A DNA stretch of 64,000 nucleotides from Verrucomicrobiia bacterium (lineage in GTDB: Bacteria > Verrucomicrobiota > Verrucomicrobiia > Limisphaerales > UBA1319). The stretch lies in assembly GCA_963664225.1 (NCBI GenBank), contig OY760937.1, forward strand, positions 1,728,001 to 1,792,000, in the 5' to 3' direction. The position numbers were made by a program, and so were the translations under genes. The notes beneath the pieces were generated by a model. The model made no database searches. It was not told where the DNA came from and worked only from the letters and a program-made list of their open reading frames with translations. Numbering within the stretch: the stretch's first letter is position 1; every line of letters begins with the position of its first letter. Below, one piece after another: positions 49,091 to 60,429 of the stretch.

Positions 49091-49820
49091 ACTGTTCCTC
49101 TTTTCTAAACCGAATTGGATGAAATACATTTTAAGCTTCCACCTTACTGGCTGCCTGTCAAAAAATTAAATGCAACGACTTTAATTTTCGCGCCAACAAC
49201 GCACCGAGGCCAATAACACTTGGCGTTCGGCGGCAAGTGAGCACGAGAAGCAAGCTCCGACTCGCGTTCGCTGCATTCAAACGGGCTCGATTGAAGACTC
49301 TTGATGGCTGCCATATTTTTCCGGGTTTTCCAGTCCCAATACTCAAAGGCAAATCGACTCAGTATCACCTTCCAGTGGAATATATTTCGCATTTACGCGG
49401 CCTATGTTACTCCAGCGAGGAAGTCGGCGCCATGGGGTGTTACCCTACCTTTCCACGTGAGGGTAGTATCCGGCACAAGGGTAGTGAATACCGAAACTAA
49501 TAGGTATTAATATTGAAGCCGCACCCTAAACAGCACCATCCATACTACTTACATTACTCATTGCTGCATAAGTATTTCTGAATGAATCCGACAGACGAAT
49601 AATCCATTCTTATCGATCCCATTTTCCCTTAGGAACCGGTGCCGGAGGAGGGAGGTGGCCGGGTTGGGAGCGATCCGGTGCGATCGGCAAGGCGAGGCTC
49701 AGTGCGAAGCACCCCTTCACGGACGCCGGTAAAATCGATCGCAAAAGCGCTCACGCCGCCGCACGGAACGCATTTGCCGACGAACCCAAAGGATCGCGTT
49801 CCGTTGCCTTGCCGACCCGC

Positions 49821-50693
49821 TTATTTCGCGGCCGACAGCCGCAGCTTGACGATGACGGGATAATGGTCGCTGGGAAATTCACCGGGGCGCGCGTAGATCA
49901 CGGTTTCGGCGCGATCCACCTGCACGCCGCCGCGCGTAAGAATCCAGTCGATGCGCTCGCCGGTGGGCACTGCGGCTTTGAAATTATTGAATGTGGCAAA
50001 GCCTTCACCGTGCCGCTCAGGGGCCGCCAGCCAGGCGTCGGTGAAGAACTTCTCCCCGGTCAAAAGGTCGTAAGCCTTGTTGTCACCGGCGGCCGCGTTG
50101 AAATCGCCCGTCAAAATCACCGGGAGTGTTGTCCCCAGGGCCTCGACGCGTTTGCGGAGCAGTTCCGCGCTCTTCTCGCGGGCGAGTTGCACCTGGTGAT
50201 CGAAGTGGGTGTTGAAGTGGTAAAACTCCGCACCCGTAACGCGGTCGCGAAACTTGATCCATGTGACCATGCGGCGATTGGTGTTGCCCCAAGTCGTCGA
50301 GCCCATCACCTCGGGTGTGTCGGACAGCCAAAAGTGATCATAGGCAAGCGGTTCGAGCCGCGCCTTGCGATAGAACACGGCCATGAACTCGCCCCGGCTG
50401 CCGCCTTCGCGACCCAGGCCAATCCATTCGTAATCCGGAAGTTCGGCGGCAATGTCCTTGAGCTGCGAATAAACCCCCTCCTGCGTTCCCATCACATCCG
50501 GCGCAAGCTCGCGGATCAGTTTGGTCATGAGGGGACGGCGCTCCGGCCATGCGTTGGGCGGATTCGTACTGGCGTAGCGCAAATTGTAGGTCATCACGTT
50601 GAGCGCGGACGGCGATACGTTGGACTGTGCGCTGGAACGGCTTGGAGTGACGAGCGCCAACAACAGGGCGATGGAGAGCAGGAGTGATTTCAT
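49821..50693 (-). CDS. Secreted endonuclease/exonuclease/phosphatase family protein
   Basis: MTYNLR, GTQE, NTHFD, GDFN, IDWI, SDHYPV. Confidence 0.92.
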   Translation of the reverse strand: MKSLLLSIALLLALVTPSRSSAQSNVSPSALNVMTYNLRYASTNPPNAWPERRPLMTKLIRELAPDVMGTQEGVYSQLKDIAAELPDYEWIGLGREGGSRGEFMAVFYRKARLEPLAYDHFWLSDTPEVMGSTTWGNTNRRMVTWIKFRDRVTGAEFYHFNTHFDHQVQLAREKSAELLRKRVEALGTTLPVILTGDFNAAAGDNKAYDLLTGEKFFTDAWLAAPERHGEGFATFNNFKAAVPTGERIDWILTRGGVQVDRAETVIYARPGEFPSDHYPVIVKLRLSAAK

Positions 50694-50711
50694 AATTGAT
50701 TCAAAAGCCTT

Positions 50712-51815
50712 CTACACATTGAATTTGAAGTGCAGCACTTCGCCGTCGTTCACGACGTAGTCCTTGCCCTCGACGCGCAGGGTCCCCTTGTCCCGGGCGC
50801 TGCTCAGGGAACCGCACTTGACCAGCGCATCCCAGAGGATGGTTTCCGCCCGGATGAAACCGCGCGCAAAATCCGAGTGAATCGCACCTGCGGCCTGGAC
50901 GGCGGTGTCGCCCGCGTGAATGGTCCAGGCGCGCACTTCCTTATCGTTGAACGTGAAAAAGGTGCGCAAGCCGAGGAGCTTGTAAACACTTTGTATCAAG
51001 AGATCCACGCCCGAATCCTTCACACCCAACTCCTTGAGAAACTCCTTCCCTTCCTCGGGTGTCAAATCCGCGAGATCGCTTTCAAGCTGCGCGCTGACCA
51101 CCACCGTGTCGCAATCGTGATGGGCGCGGGCGAATTCACGCACTTTACTGACCAGCGGATTCGTGTCCGCAGTCGCCAGGTCCGCATCCTTGACGTTGGC
51201 CACGTAGATCACCGGCTTGTCGCTGAGCAGGTAAAAGCCCTTCATCAAGACCTTCTCCTCCTTCGTCAAGGTCATGGTGTTCGCCGGTTTTCCCGCGTTG
51301 AGGTGCGGCTCAATCCGGACGAGCAAATCCATCTCGGGGATGGCGGCCTTGTCGTTGTGCTTGATGTCCTTGGCGAGTTTGATTTTTTTGTTATGTAGCG
51401 CCTCGAGGTCCGAAAGAATCAACTCCGTCGCCACAATCTCAATGTCGCGCACCGGATCGATGGTTCCGGTCACATGCGTAATGTCCTCATCTTCAAAGCA
51501 TCGCACCACATGAATCAACGCATTGACTTCCCGCACATGGCTCAGGAATTTATTACCCAGGCCCTCCCCCTTGGAGGCGCCCTTGACCAACCCCGCGATA
51601 TCCACGCACTCGATCATGGTGGGAATGAGGTTCTGATTGTGCGCAATGGGCATCAGCGCCTTGAGCCGCTCATCGGGAACGGCCACTGCCGCCACATTGG
51701 CGTCGATGGTGCAGAAGGGGTAATTGGCGGCCTCCGCCTTGTGTGTGCGCGTGATGGCGTTAAAAAGGGTGGATTTGCCCACATTGGGCAAACCGAGAAT
51801 GCCGGCTTTCAACAT
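50712..51815 (-). CDS. ychF: Redox-regulated ATPase YchF
   Basis: [43 protein letters not shown]. Confidence 0.96.
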   Translation of the reverse strand: MLKAGILGLPNVGKSTLFNAITRTHKAEAANYPFCTIDANVAAVAVPDERLKALMPIAHNQNLIPTMIECVDIAGLVKGASKGEGLGNKFLSHVREVNALIHVVRCFEDEDITHVTGTIDPVRDIEIVATELILSDLEALHNKKIKLAKDIKHNDKAAIPEMDLLVRIEPHLNAGKPANTMTLTKEEKVLMKGFYLLSDKPVIYVANVKDADLATADTNPLVSKVREFARAHHDCDTVVVSAQLESDLADLTPEEGKEFLKELGVKDSGVDLLIQSVYKLLGLRTFFTFNDKEVRAWTIHAGDTAVQAAGAIHSDFARGFIRAETILWDALVKCGSLSSARDKGTLRVEGKDYVVNDGEVLHFKFNV

Positions 51816-51953
51816 AAGAATCAGTGATTAAATCTTCCGGCTGAGGCCGGGGTGGGCGCGAACATTTCCGTCCGCGCCCGGGTAATTTTTTCCAAAGAGA
51901 ATCGATGCCCCAAACCATGGGGCGCCGATCGTATTTAACCCGTCAATGCCCGA

Positions 51954-53192
51954 TCAGGCCTTCAGACCGGTCGTATCGAATTCGTACTTCGTGGCCGCCT
52001 TCATCATTTCGTCCCAGGTGACCTCGCGGCGCTCGTAGGCGGCGGTCCGGCCGAGGATGGTGGTCAGATTGCTTCGAACGCTCGGCACCACAGTGGCATT
52101 CTCGAAGTTGCCTTTGGTGATGTTGTCGTAAAAAGTGGCGATATTGGTGATCACTCCCTCGGTGTAGAGGTTCTTCATCGCGCCGCCGTTGTAAGGATCG
52201 TCGCTGCGAATGAACACGTTGCCGAAATAGTTGGTCTCGGCGTAACCCAGCGTTCCAAACACGCGGCAGAGAATGTCGTCGAAGTGCATGCCCACCTGCT
52301 TGGAATTGAAATCGACAATCTGGTCGCCGGGGAATTTGAAGAGCACGCCGAAATGATCCCAGCAATCGCCGACGAATTCGCGGATCTTGCCGCCCATGCC
52401 GTAGGCGCTGATCGGGGCCGCGTCCATGAACCAGCACGCCACGTCCAGCGCGTGAATGTTCTGCTCGGTGATGATGTCCCCGGACAGGAACTTGTCCACG
52501 CCCCAGGCGCGCAGGCGCACCTCGGGATTCTTTGGATCCTTGCGCAGGATGGGGTCCATGCCGCCCCAGGTGGAATCGCAGCGGTAGCAGGCCTCGGTGA
52601 GAATGATTTTGCCGATCTCGCCGTTGCGAACGCGCTTGACCGTTTCCTGATAGGCGGGATTGGCGCGGGTCTGGAAATCGACCAGGAAAACCTGCTTCTT
52701 CTCAGTCGCCTTTTTGCCGCTCGCCTCAATCGTTTGACAGCCGGGCACGTCCACGGCGATGGGCTTGGCCACATACACATGTTTGCCTGCGGCCACTGCG
52801 GCCTCGGCATGAATGGGATGGAAGTAGGGGGGCGTCTCGATGACCACGGCGTCGAGTTTTTGTTCCAGCAGCTTTTTGTAACCGTTCAAGCCGCTGAACC
52901 GCATATTGGTCTCGATCTTGAAGGTGTCGCCGCAGGCATTGGCCTTGTCCTGAAAATAATCCGCGCAGGCCACGACATTGTAATTGCCGTTTTTCTTGAA
53001 CAGGTCGGCAATCCATGTGCCGCGACCGCCGCAGCCGATGAGGCCAATATCGATTTTGGTGTTCGCCTCCGCGCCGAAAACCAGGTTCGGCTGGACCACG
53101 GCGAAGGACATGGCGGCGGCACCCGCAGTGACAAACTGGCGGCGGGACAACGCACCCGCGCCCGCATTCTTAAGCGCATGATTCTCAGACAT
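51954..53192 (-). CDS. Gfo/Idh/MocA family oxidoreductase with Tat signal
   Basis: SRRQFV, GLIGCGGRG, TPP.FH, KP; GGAG RBS before ATG 53192. Confidence 0.9.
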   Translation of the reverse strand: MSENHALKNAGAGALSRRQFVTAGAAAMSFAVVQPNLVFGAEANTKIDIGLIGCGGRGTWIADLFKKNGNYNVVACADYFQDKANACGDTFKIETNMRFSGLNGYKKLLEQKLDAVVIETPPYFHPIHAEAAVAAGKHVYVAKPIAVDVPGCQTIEASGKKATEKKQVFLVDFQTRANPAYQETVKRVRNGEIGKIILTEACYRCDSTWGGMDPILRKDPKNPEVRLRAWGVDKFLSGDIITEQNIHALDVACWFMDAAPISAYGMGGKIREFVGDCWDHFGVLFKFPGDQIVDFNSKQVGMHFDDILCRVFGTLGYAETNYFGNVFIRSDDPYNGGAMKNLYTEGVITNIATFYDNITKGNFENATVVPSVRSNLTTILGRTAAYERREVTWDEMMKAATKYEFDTTGLKA

Positions 53193-53327
53193 TGAATCTC
53201 CTTCCATTGACATGTTTACCCCACAAGCCCGGCGCAATCAGTTGCAACGGGCTGGTGCGGCTGAGAATGCCGTTCTGAGACGCGACAGGCAAGATGAAAG
53301 GAGAGACCGGGAAACCGGACCAGTCCC

Positions 53328-53903
53328 CTACTCGTTAATGCCCCAGTGGGTGCTCTGCTGGGCGCGGGAAAGCATTTCGTCGAGTATTGGCGAAGAGGCG
53401 TTGGCCCGGCGCAACATCATGTCCAGGTAGTCCATCCCCTCAGGAGGTTGGGATTCCCAGCGGGACATGAATTGCATTCCGGCGCGTTTGGCCAGGTCCG
53501 CCAGATAACCATGAACAGGAATGGGCCGTCGCTTCAAGTTGTCCCTGCCGATCAGCGCCGCCAACAAGCCGCTTTTGCCCTGACGTTGATCCAGCCATAA
53601 CTCGTTGCAGGCCCTGGCCTCATCGGGCAAATCACTGGTTGCGTCCAGCGAATAGATGATCATGTCCGCCTGCGCGGCGGATTGGGCTGCGAGACCTGCG
53701 ATAACCCCATCCATCAAAAACTGAAATTTCCACCACGAAAAATCCAGATCGACGTCCGACATGAACTTGAAAGCCAGACGTGAAGACAACTTCAAAGCCC
53801 GTTCGCGAGACTCCGTATCGCCATAGAACACGGCCACCCTGCAAGGTGCATCCGATTCGCTGAATCCATCAATGCTCTTAAATTGTTCTATCTTCTCGGT
53901 CAT
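53328..53903 (-). CDS. Hypothetical protein
   Basis: 191 aa ORF filling the gap between genes; ends HWGINE. Confidence 0.65.
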   Translation of the reverse strand: MTEKIEQFKSIDGFSESDAPCRVAVFYGDTESRERALKLSSRLAFKFMSDVDLDFSWWKFQFLMDGVIAGLAAQSAAQADMIIYSLDATSDLPDEARACNELWLDQRQGKSGLLAALIGRDNLKRRPIPVHGYLADLAKRAGMQFMSRWESQPPEGMDYLDMMLRRANASSPILDEMLSRAQQSTHWGINE

Positions 53904-54103
53904 TTTTTTCGGAAAAGCAGCGACACTTCGCCCCCCATGTGTGTGCCGCCAATCCTATGAATGAACATCGTCCAATCATCCGTATTGTCAAAAAATGATA
54001 TTCGAAAAAATCAAATGTCCGGTTCAGAACATTACCTGTTCAATACCAGATATATGCACACTGGACTGCGACCTGTGGTTTGATTCTTCCCGGAACCTCC
54101 CTG

Positions 54104-55102
54104 TTATAGGATGGTTCCATCCAAAAATGGCGCGCCCGCCGCCCCTTTTTGAATGTTTTCCACCGTGACCCGGGCGATTTCGGTCAACGCCTCCCGGGTT
54201 AAAAACGCCTGATGCGATGTGATGATGACATTGGAAAAAGTCAGCAAACGGGACAATTCATCATCCTGGAGCACCTGCCCGGAAAGGTCCTGGTAAAAAA
54301 TACCCGCCTCCTCCTCATAAACATCCAGAGCCACGCCGCCCAATCGGCCATTTTTCAAGGCCTTGATCAAGGCCGTGGTTTCGATGAGCTTTCCACGGCT
54401 CGTGTTGATTATAAATGCCCCCGGTTTGAGCAGCGCGAGGGTTCGCTCATTGAGCAGATGCATCGTTTCGGGCATCAATGGCACATGCAGCGACAAGATG
54501 TCGCTGGCGCCCAGCAGGGTGTCGAAATCCGAATAAACCACCCCGAACTTTTCCGCCCATTCCCGATCTGGAAATGGATCGTAGGCCAGTATTTTCACAC
54601 CGAATCCATGGAGAATTTGCGCGGTTACGCGTCCGATCTTGCCGGTGCCAACAATGCCCGCGGTTTTTCCGTAAATCTCAAACCCGACCAGTCCGGTCAG
54701 CGAAAAATTAAGCTCCCGCACGCGCAGCCAGGCCCGGTGCGTTTTGCGCGCCAGTGTCAGCAGCAGGGCCTTGGCGTGCTCGGCCACCGCATGCGGGGAA
54801 TAGGCCGGAACGCGGGTGACGGCAAAGCCCAGCTTGCGGGCCGCCACCAGATCCACATTGTTGAATCCAGCGCACCGCAAAGCCACATGCCGCACCCCCA
54901 ATTCATGCAGGCGGCGCAGACACGCCTCGTCCACCCGGTCGTTCACAAACACGCAGGCCACACCCGCGCCGGATGCCGTCGCGGCCGTTTCCGAATCCAG
55001 GCGAAATTCGTGAAAACGCCACTGAATCCGGTCCGGTGCGGCGGCCTGGCCCAGAAATTCGACATCGAAGGGCTTGGCATCATAAACTGCGACAGTCGTC
55101 AT
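54104..55102 (-). CDS. ldhA: D-lactate (2-hydroxyacid) dehydrogenase
   Basis: LRCAGFNNVD, VPAYSPHAVAEH, GTGKIG, NTSRG, DVYEEE, HQAF. Confidence 0.88.
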   Translation of the reverse strand: MTTVAVYDAKPFDVEFLGQAAAPDRIQWRFHEFRLDSETAATASGAGVACVFVNDRVDEACLRRLHELGVRHVALRCAGFNNVDLVAARKLGFAVTRVPAYSPHAVAEHAKALLLTLARKTHRAWLRVRELNFSLTGLVGFEIYGKTAGIVGTGKIGRVTAQILHGFGVKILAYDPFPDREWAEKFGVVYSDFDTLLGASDILSLHVPLMPETMHLLNERTLALLKPGAFIINTSRGKLIETTALIKALKNGRLGGVALDVYEEEAGIFYQDLSGQVLQDDELSRLLTFSNVIITSHQAFLTREALTEIARVTVENIQKGAAGAPFLDGTIL

Positions 55103-55351
55103 AAGATTATTGAGGGTGATTCCGGGTTTTGAAATGCAACCCATGCCCGGCATCCTATCCCTTTATTCTGGGTTGGCAACCCGGATGACCGGTCGCCCCA
55201 CCGGCAATACCGGACAATATTTCACTTCCCAATTGACACGAAACTGTCAAATGGCCCATGCTTCCAACGTAGCGAATGGGTGGCGCGCGTTTCTACCACA
55301 ATCTCGTTTATCTGGTTGAATCCCCCGACGTCACCCATCGGAACCGAGCTT

Positions 55352-58300
55352 ATGAACGATCAACGTCTGGCCCATCGGCGGATTTCTCCGAAACCTTCAT
55401 CGATACTTCTCACGCTGGCCATGGTGTGGTGTTGCGGCCACGTGCCCGCCGCGGCCGGCAGTTCCGATCCAAACCGCGTGGGCGAGTACGTTGTCCGGCT
55501 CAACCTGACCTGCAACGGCACAGCGGCATCAAGTGTCAGCAGCGATGGCATTACCGCCACATCGAAGGATGCGTTTTCGGGATCGGTCAACAGCGAAATA
55601 CACTACGAAGTGATCCGGATCAACGCGGAGACGTTTGCCTCCGGCGATGAGATCAGCGGAAGCTCCTCCGTGAGTGTTTCCGGAGGAGGCTCCGCTTCCA
55701 TCAAATCCAAGGATGGCAGTTTCAGCGCCTCATGGACCTATTTGCCAGACCCGTATTTCGATCCCACGATTGCATTGGCCTGCGGCACCATGGAGTCCGG
55801 TTCCGATCCCGATATAACCCCCAATGCCTGGGCCTGCCGTGGCGATGACCCGAATAGTCAAATCAAGATCACACCCGAAACCGCCAATCCCTCAACGCAA
55901 GGTCGTGGGGCCGCCGCCGATGCGGTGGCGAAACTGGAAGGCTTCGATTTCACAATTCCGACCAATAAAGTGGGTTGGACCCGCAGCGGGACGCATTCGG
56001 CCCAGGTCAGTTATCCAACCCTCGGTGGTTCCATCCAGGGCAGCGCCTCTGTCTCTGTCACCGTCGAGTTCATTCCCGACCAAAACTCCCCTTGGGAGGC
56101 CATCATTGAAGGAGTTCCCGGTGCAAAGCCCGCCTACGAGGATTGGATCCCCTTGGGAGGCCCGGATGATGCGGACGAAAACCCCGGCAGCATGTTCCCC
56201 GTGCATGTCTATATCCGCGCCAAAGATGGCAGCGACAAGATTCCCCCATTGGCGAAATACTCTTTCTTCCTCAAAGACGTGTCCCGTGAACCGGGGATCA
56301 ACATGAACTTCCCTCATCGATCCGTCCCCGCTTACCTGGATGATGTCGAAATCCCTTTCGATCTGCGAATCCAGCCCGGCGATGGCATGACCCCGGGCGA
56401 AGTCGGCCAGTTGACGGAAACCGACGATATGGTCGTGGGTGCGGCGGTGGGGATCAACAGTTACGACTACGGCGCCTATGGAAAGTTGCGGGTGATTGCG
56501 CAAACCAGCGATGGCTACACCCTCGTGGCGCATCCGAAAGACCAGCCGGATGTCGATTTCCTAACCCTGCCCAAGGATGACAATCTGAACCATGTGGCCG
56601 ATGCCTGGGAGAAGGCGACCAACGTATTCGATCAATCCTATGCCGCCGATTGGGATGAAACCTCGACTCCTGCGAAACAGCGCACCAATGGGGACGGCAT
56701 ATCCCTCTACGAAAAATACCGCGGTTTTAGTTTTCACCGCGTTTACCAAAGACTGAATCCGTCGCTAAAATATGTATTTGTTTACGACCCCAGCGGGATG
56801 GTGGGGATGACCATTGGGGCCGATGGCAGCGACTTTCAAAAGGCCTCCGGCTGCAAGGTGATCATTGTTTCATCCAAGGAGTGGACCGGGCAAGGTGACT
56901 TCGATCATTATAATCGGATTGTGAACTTCAACTGCCTGCGGGAAAACCATGCCATCGATCAGCACGCCCTGCACTTCGAGATGAATTACGAAGATCACCC
57001 GGGCAACCCGGTGGAATGGACGCGCCTCTTTCGTGAGAAGTATGGCGAAGCGCCCGACCCCATTGGGGACACGGTCAATGGCTGCAACTTCCCTGATGTC
57101 ACTGTCGCGGGAGACCCATGGACGCCCAAGAACTCGATACGCGCAGAAGCTTACCCGGCGCACATCATCAACAACATTAACCAGACGGCGGCATACCACA
57201 CGATGGGACTCGCCAAATTCAGCACCTATTCAAGCCTCTCGGGCGACGCCCAACGCCGGATGGGCCAGGATATTTGGAAGAATAATGATGATTACATCGC
57301 CGCAAATCATGACCAGTGGCTGCGGCGGGTTCAACTGGGAATCTCCCGAACGATTGCCCACGAATTGGGCCACGGAATTGGCGTGGATGATCTTTCAAAT
57401 CATCAAGTGCATCCAACGAACTGCCTCATGCGCTACTTCGGCTCGTCTGACTTCGCAAGAAACCCGGACGACCGCTTTGAGCTAAAAGCCCGTGTGCCCT
57501 GGCCCAATATTTTCTGCGGGAAGGCCGAAGGCACCAAAAAAGGTGTTGCCTGCTGGGCACAACTTGGCGTGACCGACCGCCTGCCCTCCAGTGGAGCGGC
57601 CCTCATGGCCGCAATCACCATGAATTCAGCAAATTCAAGCGTTGCGACAAGGGCTGTATCGGGTGGCGCCACCACGTACTTTGCTTCGGGAACCGAGCAA
57701 ACGGCCGCGCCTTTTGAACTGAGCCAGGAACTCCGTTGGACCAACGTCTGGGCGGGTGATCCGCTCCGTCTGCGTCTCCGGCTGGATTGTGCGCAATTCC
57801 AGCAGGCCTGGACTTTGGCTGCCATTGAGGCAACGACCAATATCAGCCCGTCGAGCACGCTGCCGTGGATATCCACCAATTGGCACGAAGGTCTTTCTTT
57901 GAGTCTTTATCGCCTTGAAACCAATGGAGTGCGGACTCCGATTTTGAGCGGGAATGGCTGGACCAACTATTTGCGTCCGGTCTTGGTCCAGCCCGAGGAC
58001 TTGGGTTTGCGCTCATGGTCTTCCTCACGCGAGTGGCTGGTCACTCCTGAAGCAGCCGGGCTAAAGGAAGGAACTTACGTTGTAACCGCACAATGGCAGG
58101 GAGCCGGCCTGACCGATCCGCCAACAGCGCCCAGCGATGGACCGGTAATGGCCGCGGATTTGACTTTTCAGGTCGTTAAACCGCTGGATAACGAAGATAA
58201 AGCCGATTATTTGCACCACATGGCCTTCTGGCAATTCTTGAACGGCCTGAATGGTGCGGCACTCACGAATGCCCTCGAGGCATTGCGCCTACAGCCCGGC

Positions 58301-58681
58301 GTCGTTAATCCAGAGACGCATGAGTTGACCATGATCGCAGCCACTGCCGCACTACGATTGAACGATCTTCTTTCAGCAGCAAAAACTCTGGATGCACAGG
58401 AATTACTGATGGAGGCTTCCCCGACGTCTGAAGTTGGGGACTGGATCAAGCACACGCTCAAGGCCTTGAAACCCGAGCTTCGGGTTGCAAAGTTATCGCC
58501 TTTAACCATAACGGTAATCGGACACACCAATCAGAATTATCAAGTGTTCTCAAGTCCGGATTTGAAAACCTGGACTTCGGTTCAAACCATAAAGATGACC
58601 GACAACCAAACGAACATTGTGGATCCAGAGGGCGTATTGGCCACTCCGAAATTCTATAGGATAACGTGGCTTAAACCTTAG
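55352..58681 (+). CDS. Large secreted protein with zincin motif and C-terminal FYR domain
   Basis: Signal-like N-terminus; HELGHGIGVDD; CLMRY; YQVFSSPDLKTW...KFYR. Confidence 0.75.
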   Translation: MNDQRLAHRRISPKPSSILLTLAMVWCCGHVPAAAGSSDPNRVGEYVVRLNLTCNGTAASSVSSDGITATSKDAFSGSVNSEIHYEVIRINAETFASGDEISGSSSVSVSGGGSASIKSKDGSFSASWTYLPDPYFDPTIALACGTMESGSDPDITPNAWACRGDDPNSQIKITPETANPSTQGRGAAADAVAKLEGFDFTIPTNKVGWTRSGTHSAQVSYPTLGGSIQGSASVSVTVEFIPDQNSPWEAIIEGVPGAKPAYEDWIPLGGPDDADENPGSMFPVHVYIRAKDGSDKIPPLAKYSFFLKDVSREPGINMNFPHRSVPAYLDDVEIPFDLRIQPGDGMTPGEVGQLTETDDMVVGAAVGINSYDYGAYGKLRVIAQTSDGYTLVAHPKDQPDVDFLTLPKDDNLNHVADAWEKATNVFDQSYAADWDETSTPAKQRTNGDGISLYEKYRGFSFHRVYQRLNPSLKYVFVYDPSGMVGMTIGADGSDFQKASGCKVIIVSSKEWTGQGDFDHYNRIVNFNCLRENHAIDQHALHFEMNYEDHPGNPVEWTRLFREKYGEAPDPIGDTVNGCNFPDVTVAGDPWTPKNSIRAEAYPAHIINNINQTAAYHTMGLAKFSTYSSLSGDAQRRMGQDIWKNNDDYIAANHDQWLRRVQLGISRTIAHELGHGIGVDDLSNHQVHPTNCLMRYFGSSDFARNPDDRFELKARVPWPNIFCGKAEGTKKGVACWAQLGVTDRLPSSGAALMAAITMNSANSSVATRAVSGGATTYFASGTEQTAAPFELSQELRWTNVWAGDPLRLRLRLDCAQFQQAWTLAAIEATTNISPSSTLPWISTNWHEGLSLSLYRLETNGVRTPILSGNGWTNYLRPVLVQPEDLGLRSWSSSREWLVTPEAAGLKEGTYVVTAQWQGAGLTDPPTAPSDGPVMAADLTFQVVKPLDNEDKADYLHHMAFWQFLNGLNGAALTNALEALRLQPGVVNPETHELTMIAATAALRLNDLLSAAKTLDAQELLMEASPTSEVGDWIKHTLKALKPELRVAKLSPLTITVIGHTNQNYQVFSSPDLKTWTSVQTIKMTDNQTNIVDPEGVLATPKFYRITWLKP

Positions 58682-58762
58682 CTGTCCGTCCTGTCTGCCG
58701 ACGAAAAATTCAGACCGTGCGGACTCGACAAATCGCCGGGCCGGGAACAGTCTTTGATTCAA

Positions 58763-59374
58763 ATGGATAGTCAAACAGATTCACCTCTCGACCGCCTCTG
58801 GGACGAATACGCCCTCGCGTTCAAGGATTTCGATGATCTGACCCTGGCGCGATGGATGTCGCAGACCCTGGGCCAGCTTCATGGAAAAGTCTGGAGGCTC
58901 TCGCATCCCCTGGTGGGCGCCTTTCGATTGGCCTCTCACCAAGGCCATGAGCGTCAGATCTGGCTCAAGCGCCTCGTGAACATTCCCATGTCCTACGTGG
59001 AGGCGCCCTGCTGCCGCGCCCCATTGCTGCCCCTGCTCACCCGCGATGTCCTCGATGCCGGCCTCGTTTGCCAGCATTGCAATGGCACGGCTGTGCCATT
59101 CAATGAAATCCCGGCTGAATTGCAGTCCAAGATCAAATCATGGGCGCTGGCTTACGAACCCGTCCATGCCGTGGCGCACCAGGAGGATGATAAACATATT
59201 AGCGCGGCCGAATACGATCGCCAATTCGAGGTCGCTGCCACAGCCGCCGAGGGCTTTCTCACCACTGCGGGAAATGTCCTCGCGCCGCTGCTGCTCGATC
59301 ACTACCCGGCAGTCATTTGGGAAGACCAGGATGAGTGCCTCGAAGTGCGGCCGGAGGATATCGTGTTCCATTGA
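58763..59374 (+). CDS. Hypothetical protein with possible Zn-binding cysteines
   Basis: 203 aa ORF; CC...CQHC. Confidence 0.65.
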   Translation: MDSQTDSPLDRLWDEYALAFKDFDDLTLARWMSQTLGQLHGKVWRLSHPLVGAFRLASHQGHERQIWLKRLVNIPMSYVEAPCCRAPLLPLLTRDVLDAGLVCQHCNGTAVPFNEIPAELQSKIKSWALAYEPVHAVAHQEDDKHISAAEYDRQFEVAATAAEGFLTTAGNVLAPLLLDHYPAVIWEDQDECLEVRPEDIVFH

Positions 59375-59446
59375 ACTCGAATCGCCAACTGCAAGCAGCG
59401 CAACTTCTTCTTTCAAAAAAGCCGCGTTTCCACTAAATACACCCCC

Positions 59447-60382
59447 ATGAAATCCATTTTTAACCGCCTCCAATCGCTACAAATGGCTGCCGCCATCCTC
59501 GCGACCGCCTGCGCCGTAAATGCTGCTGCGCCATCCGGTCCCATTGAATTGTGGCCTCAGATCCCTCCCGGAGACACCGCTGAATCGATGAAAGCCCTGG
59601 GAGAAGAAAAGGATATATCCAAGACCGGCGAAGGTCTAGTCGCGGGCAAACCGCTCATTCGCCTCGGCAACGTCACCCGCCCCACCATCACCATAAGCAA
59701 ACCCGCGCCTGATAAAGACACCGGCGCCGCCGTCCTGGTCTGCCCCGGCGGCGGCTATACCATCCTGGCCATGGACCTCGAGGGAACGGAAGTCGTTTCC
59801 TGGCTCAACTCCGTGGGTGTGACCGGCATCGTTCTCAAATACCGCGTGCCCGCGCGGCCCAATCGCGAGCGCTATGACGCGCCCCTTCAAGACGCCCAGC
59901 GGGCGATGGGGTTGGTACGACAACATGCCTCCGAATGGGGCATCAACCCCCAGCGCATTGGCGTCATGGGATTCTCCGCGGGCGCTCACCTTTCGGCGGC
60001 GTTGAGCTGCAATTACGAAAAACGCACTTATCCAGCCATCGATGACGCCGATCAGCAGAGCTGCAAACCCGACTTTACCCTCCTGGTCTATCCCGCCTAT
60101 CTCACGGTCGAAAAAGAAGGCGACCGCGTGGCCTCCGAATTAAATATCACCCCGCAAACCTCCCCGACATTGCTCATTCAAACCGGGGACGACCCCGTGC
60201 GCGTGGAATCGAGCCTTTATTATTACATGGCATTGAAGAAGGCCAAAGTCCCTGCGGAAATGGACATCTTCGCCACGGGCGGTCACGGCTACGGTTTGCG
60301 GCACACGGCAGACGCGGTAACGGATTGGCCGCAGCGCGCCACACGCTGGATGCAAGGCCTTGGCGTGCTGGAGAAGAAATAA
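59447..60382 (+). CDS. Alpha/beta hydrolase (esterase)
   Basis: PGGGY, GFSAG, DD.V, GGHGYG. Confidence 0.9.
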   Translation: MKSIFNRLQSLQMAAAILATACAVNAAAPSGPIELWPQIPPGDTAESMKALGEEKDISKTGEGLVAGKPLIRLGNVTRPTITISKPAPDKDTGAAVLVCPGGGYTILAMDLEGTEVVSWLNSVGVTGIVLKYRVPARPNRERYDAPLQDAQRAMGLVRQHASEWGINPQRIGVMGFSAGAHLSAALSCNYEKRTYPAIDDADQQSCKPDFTLLVYPAYLTVEKEGDRVASELNITPQTSPTLLIQTGDDPVRVESSLYYYMALKKAKVPAEMDIFATGGHGYGLRHTADAVTDWPQRATRWMQGLGVLEKK

Positions 60383-60429
60383 AGAAATGAAGTAAACGGG
60401 CGGATTCCGTGAGGGTTTAATCCTCAGAG

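Noticed and set aside
49436..49510. AGGGTAGT/TACC repeats as response-regulator binding sites
   Set aside because: Spacing does not fit a consensus I can name; too weak to call
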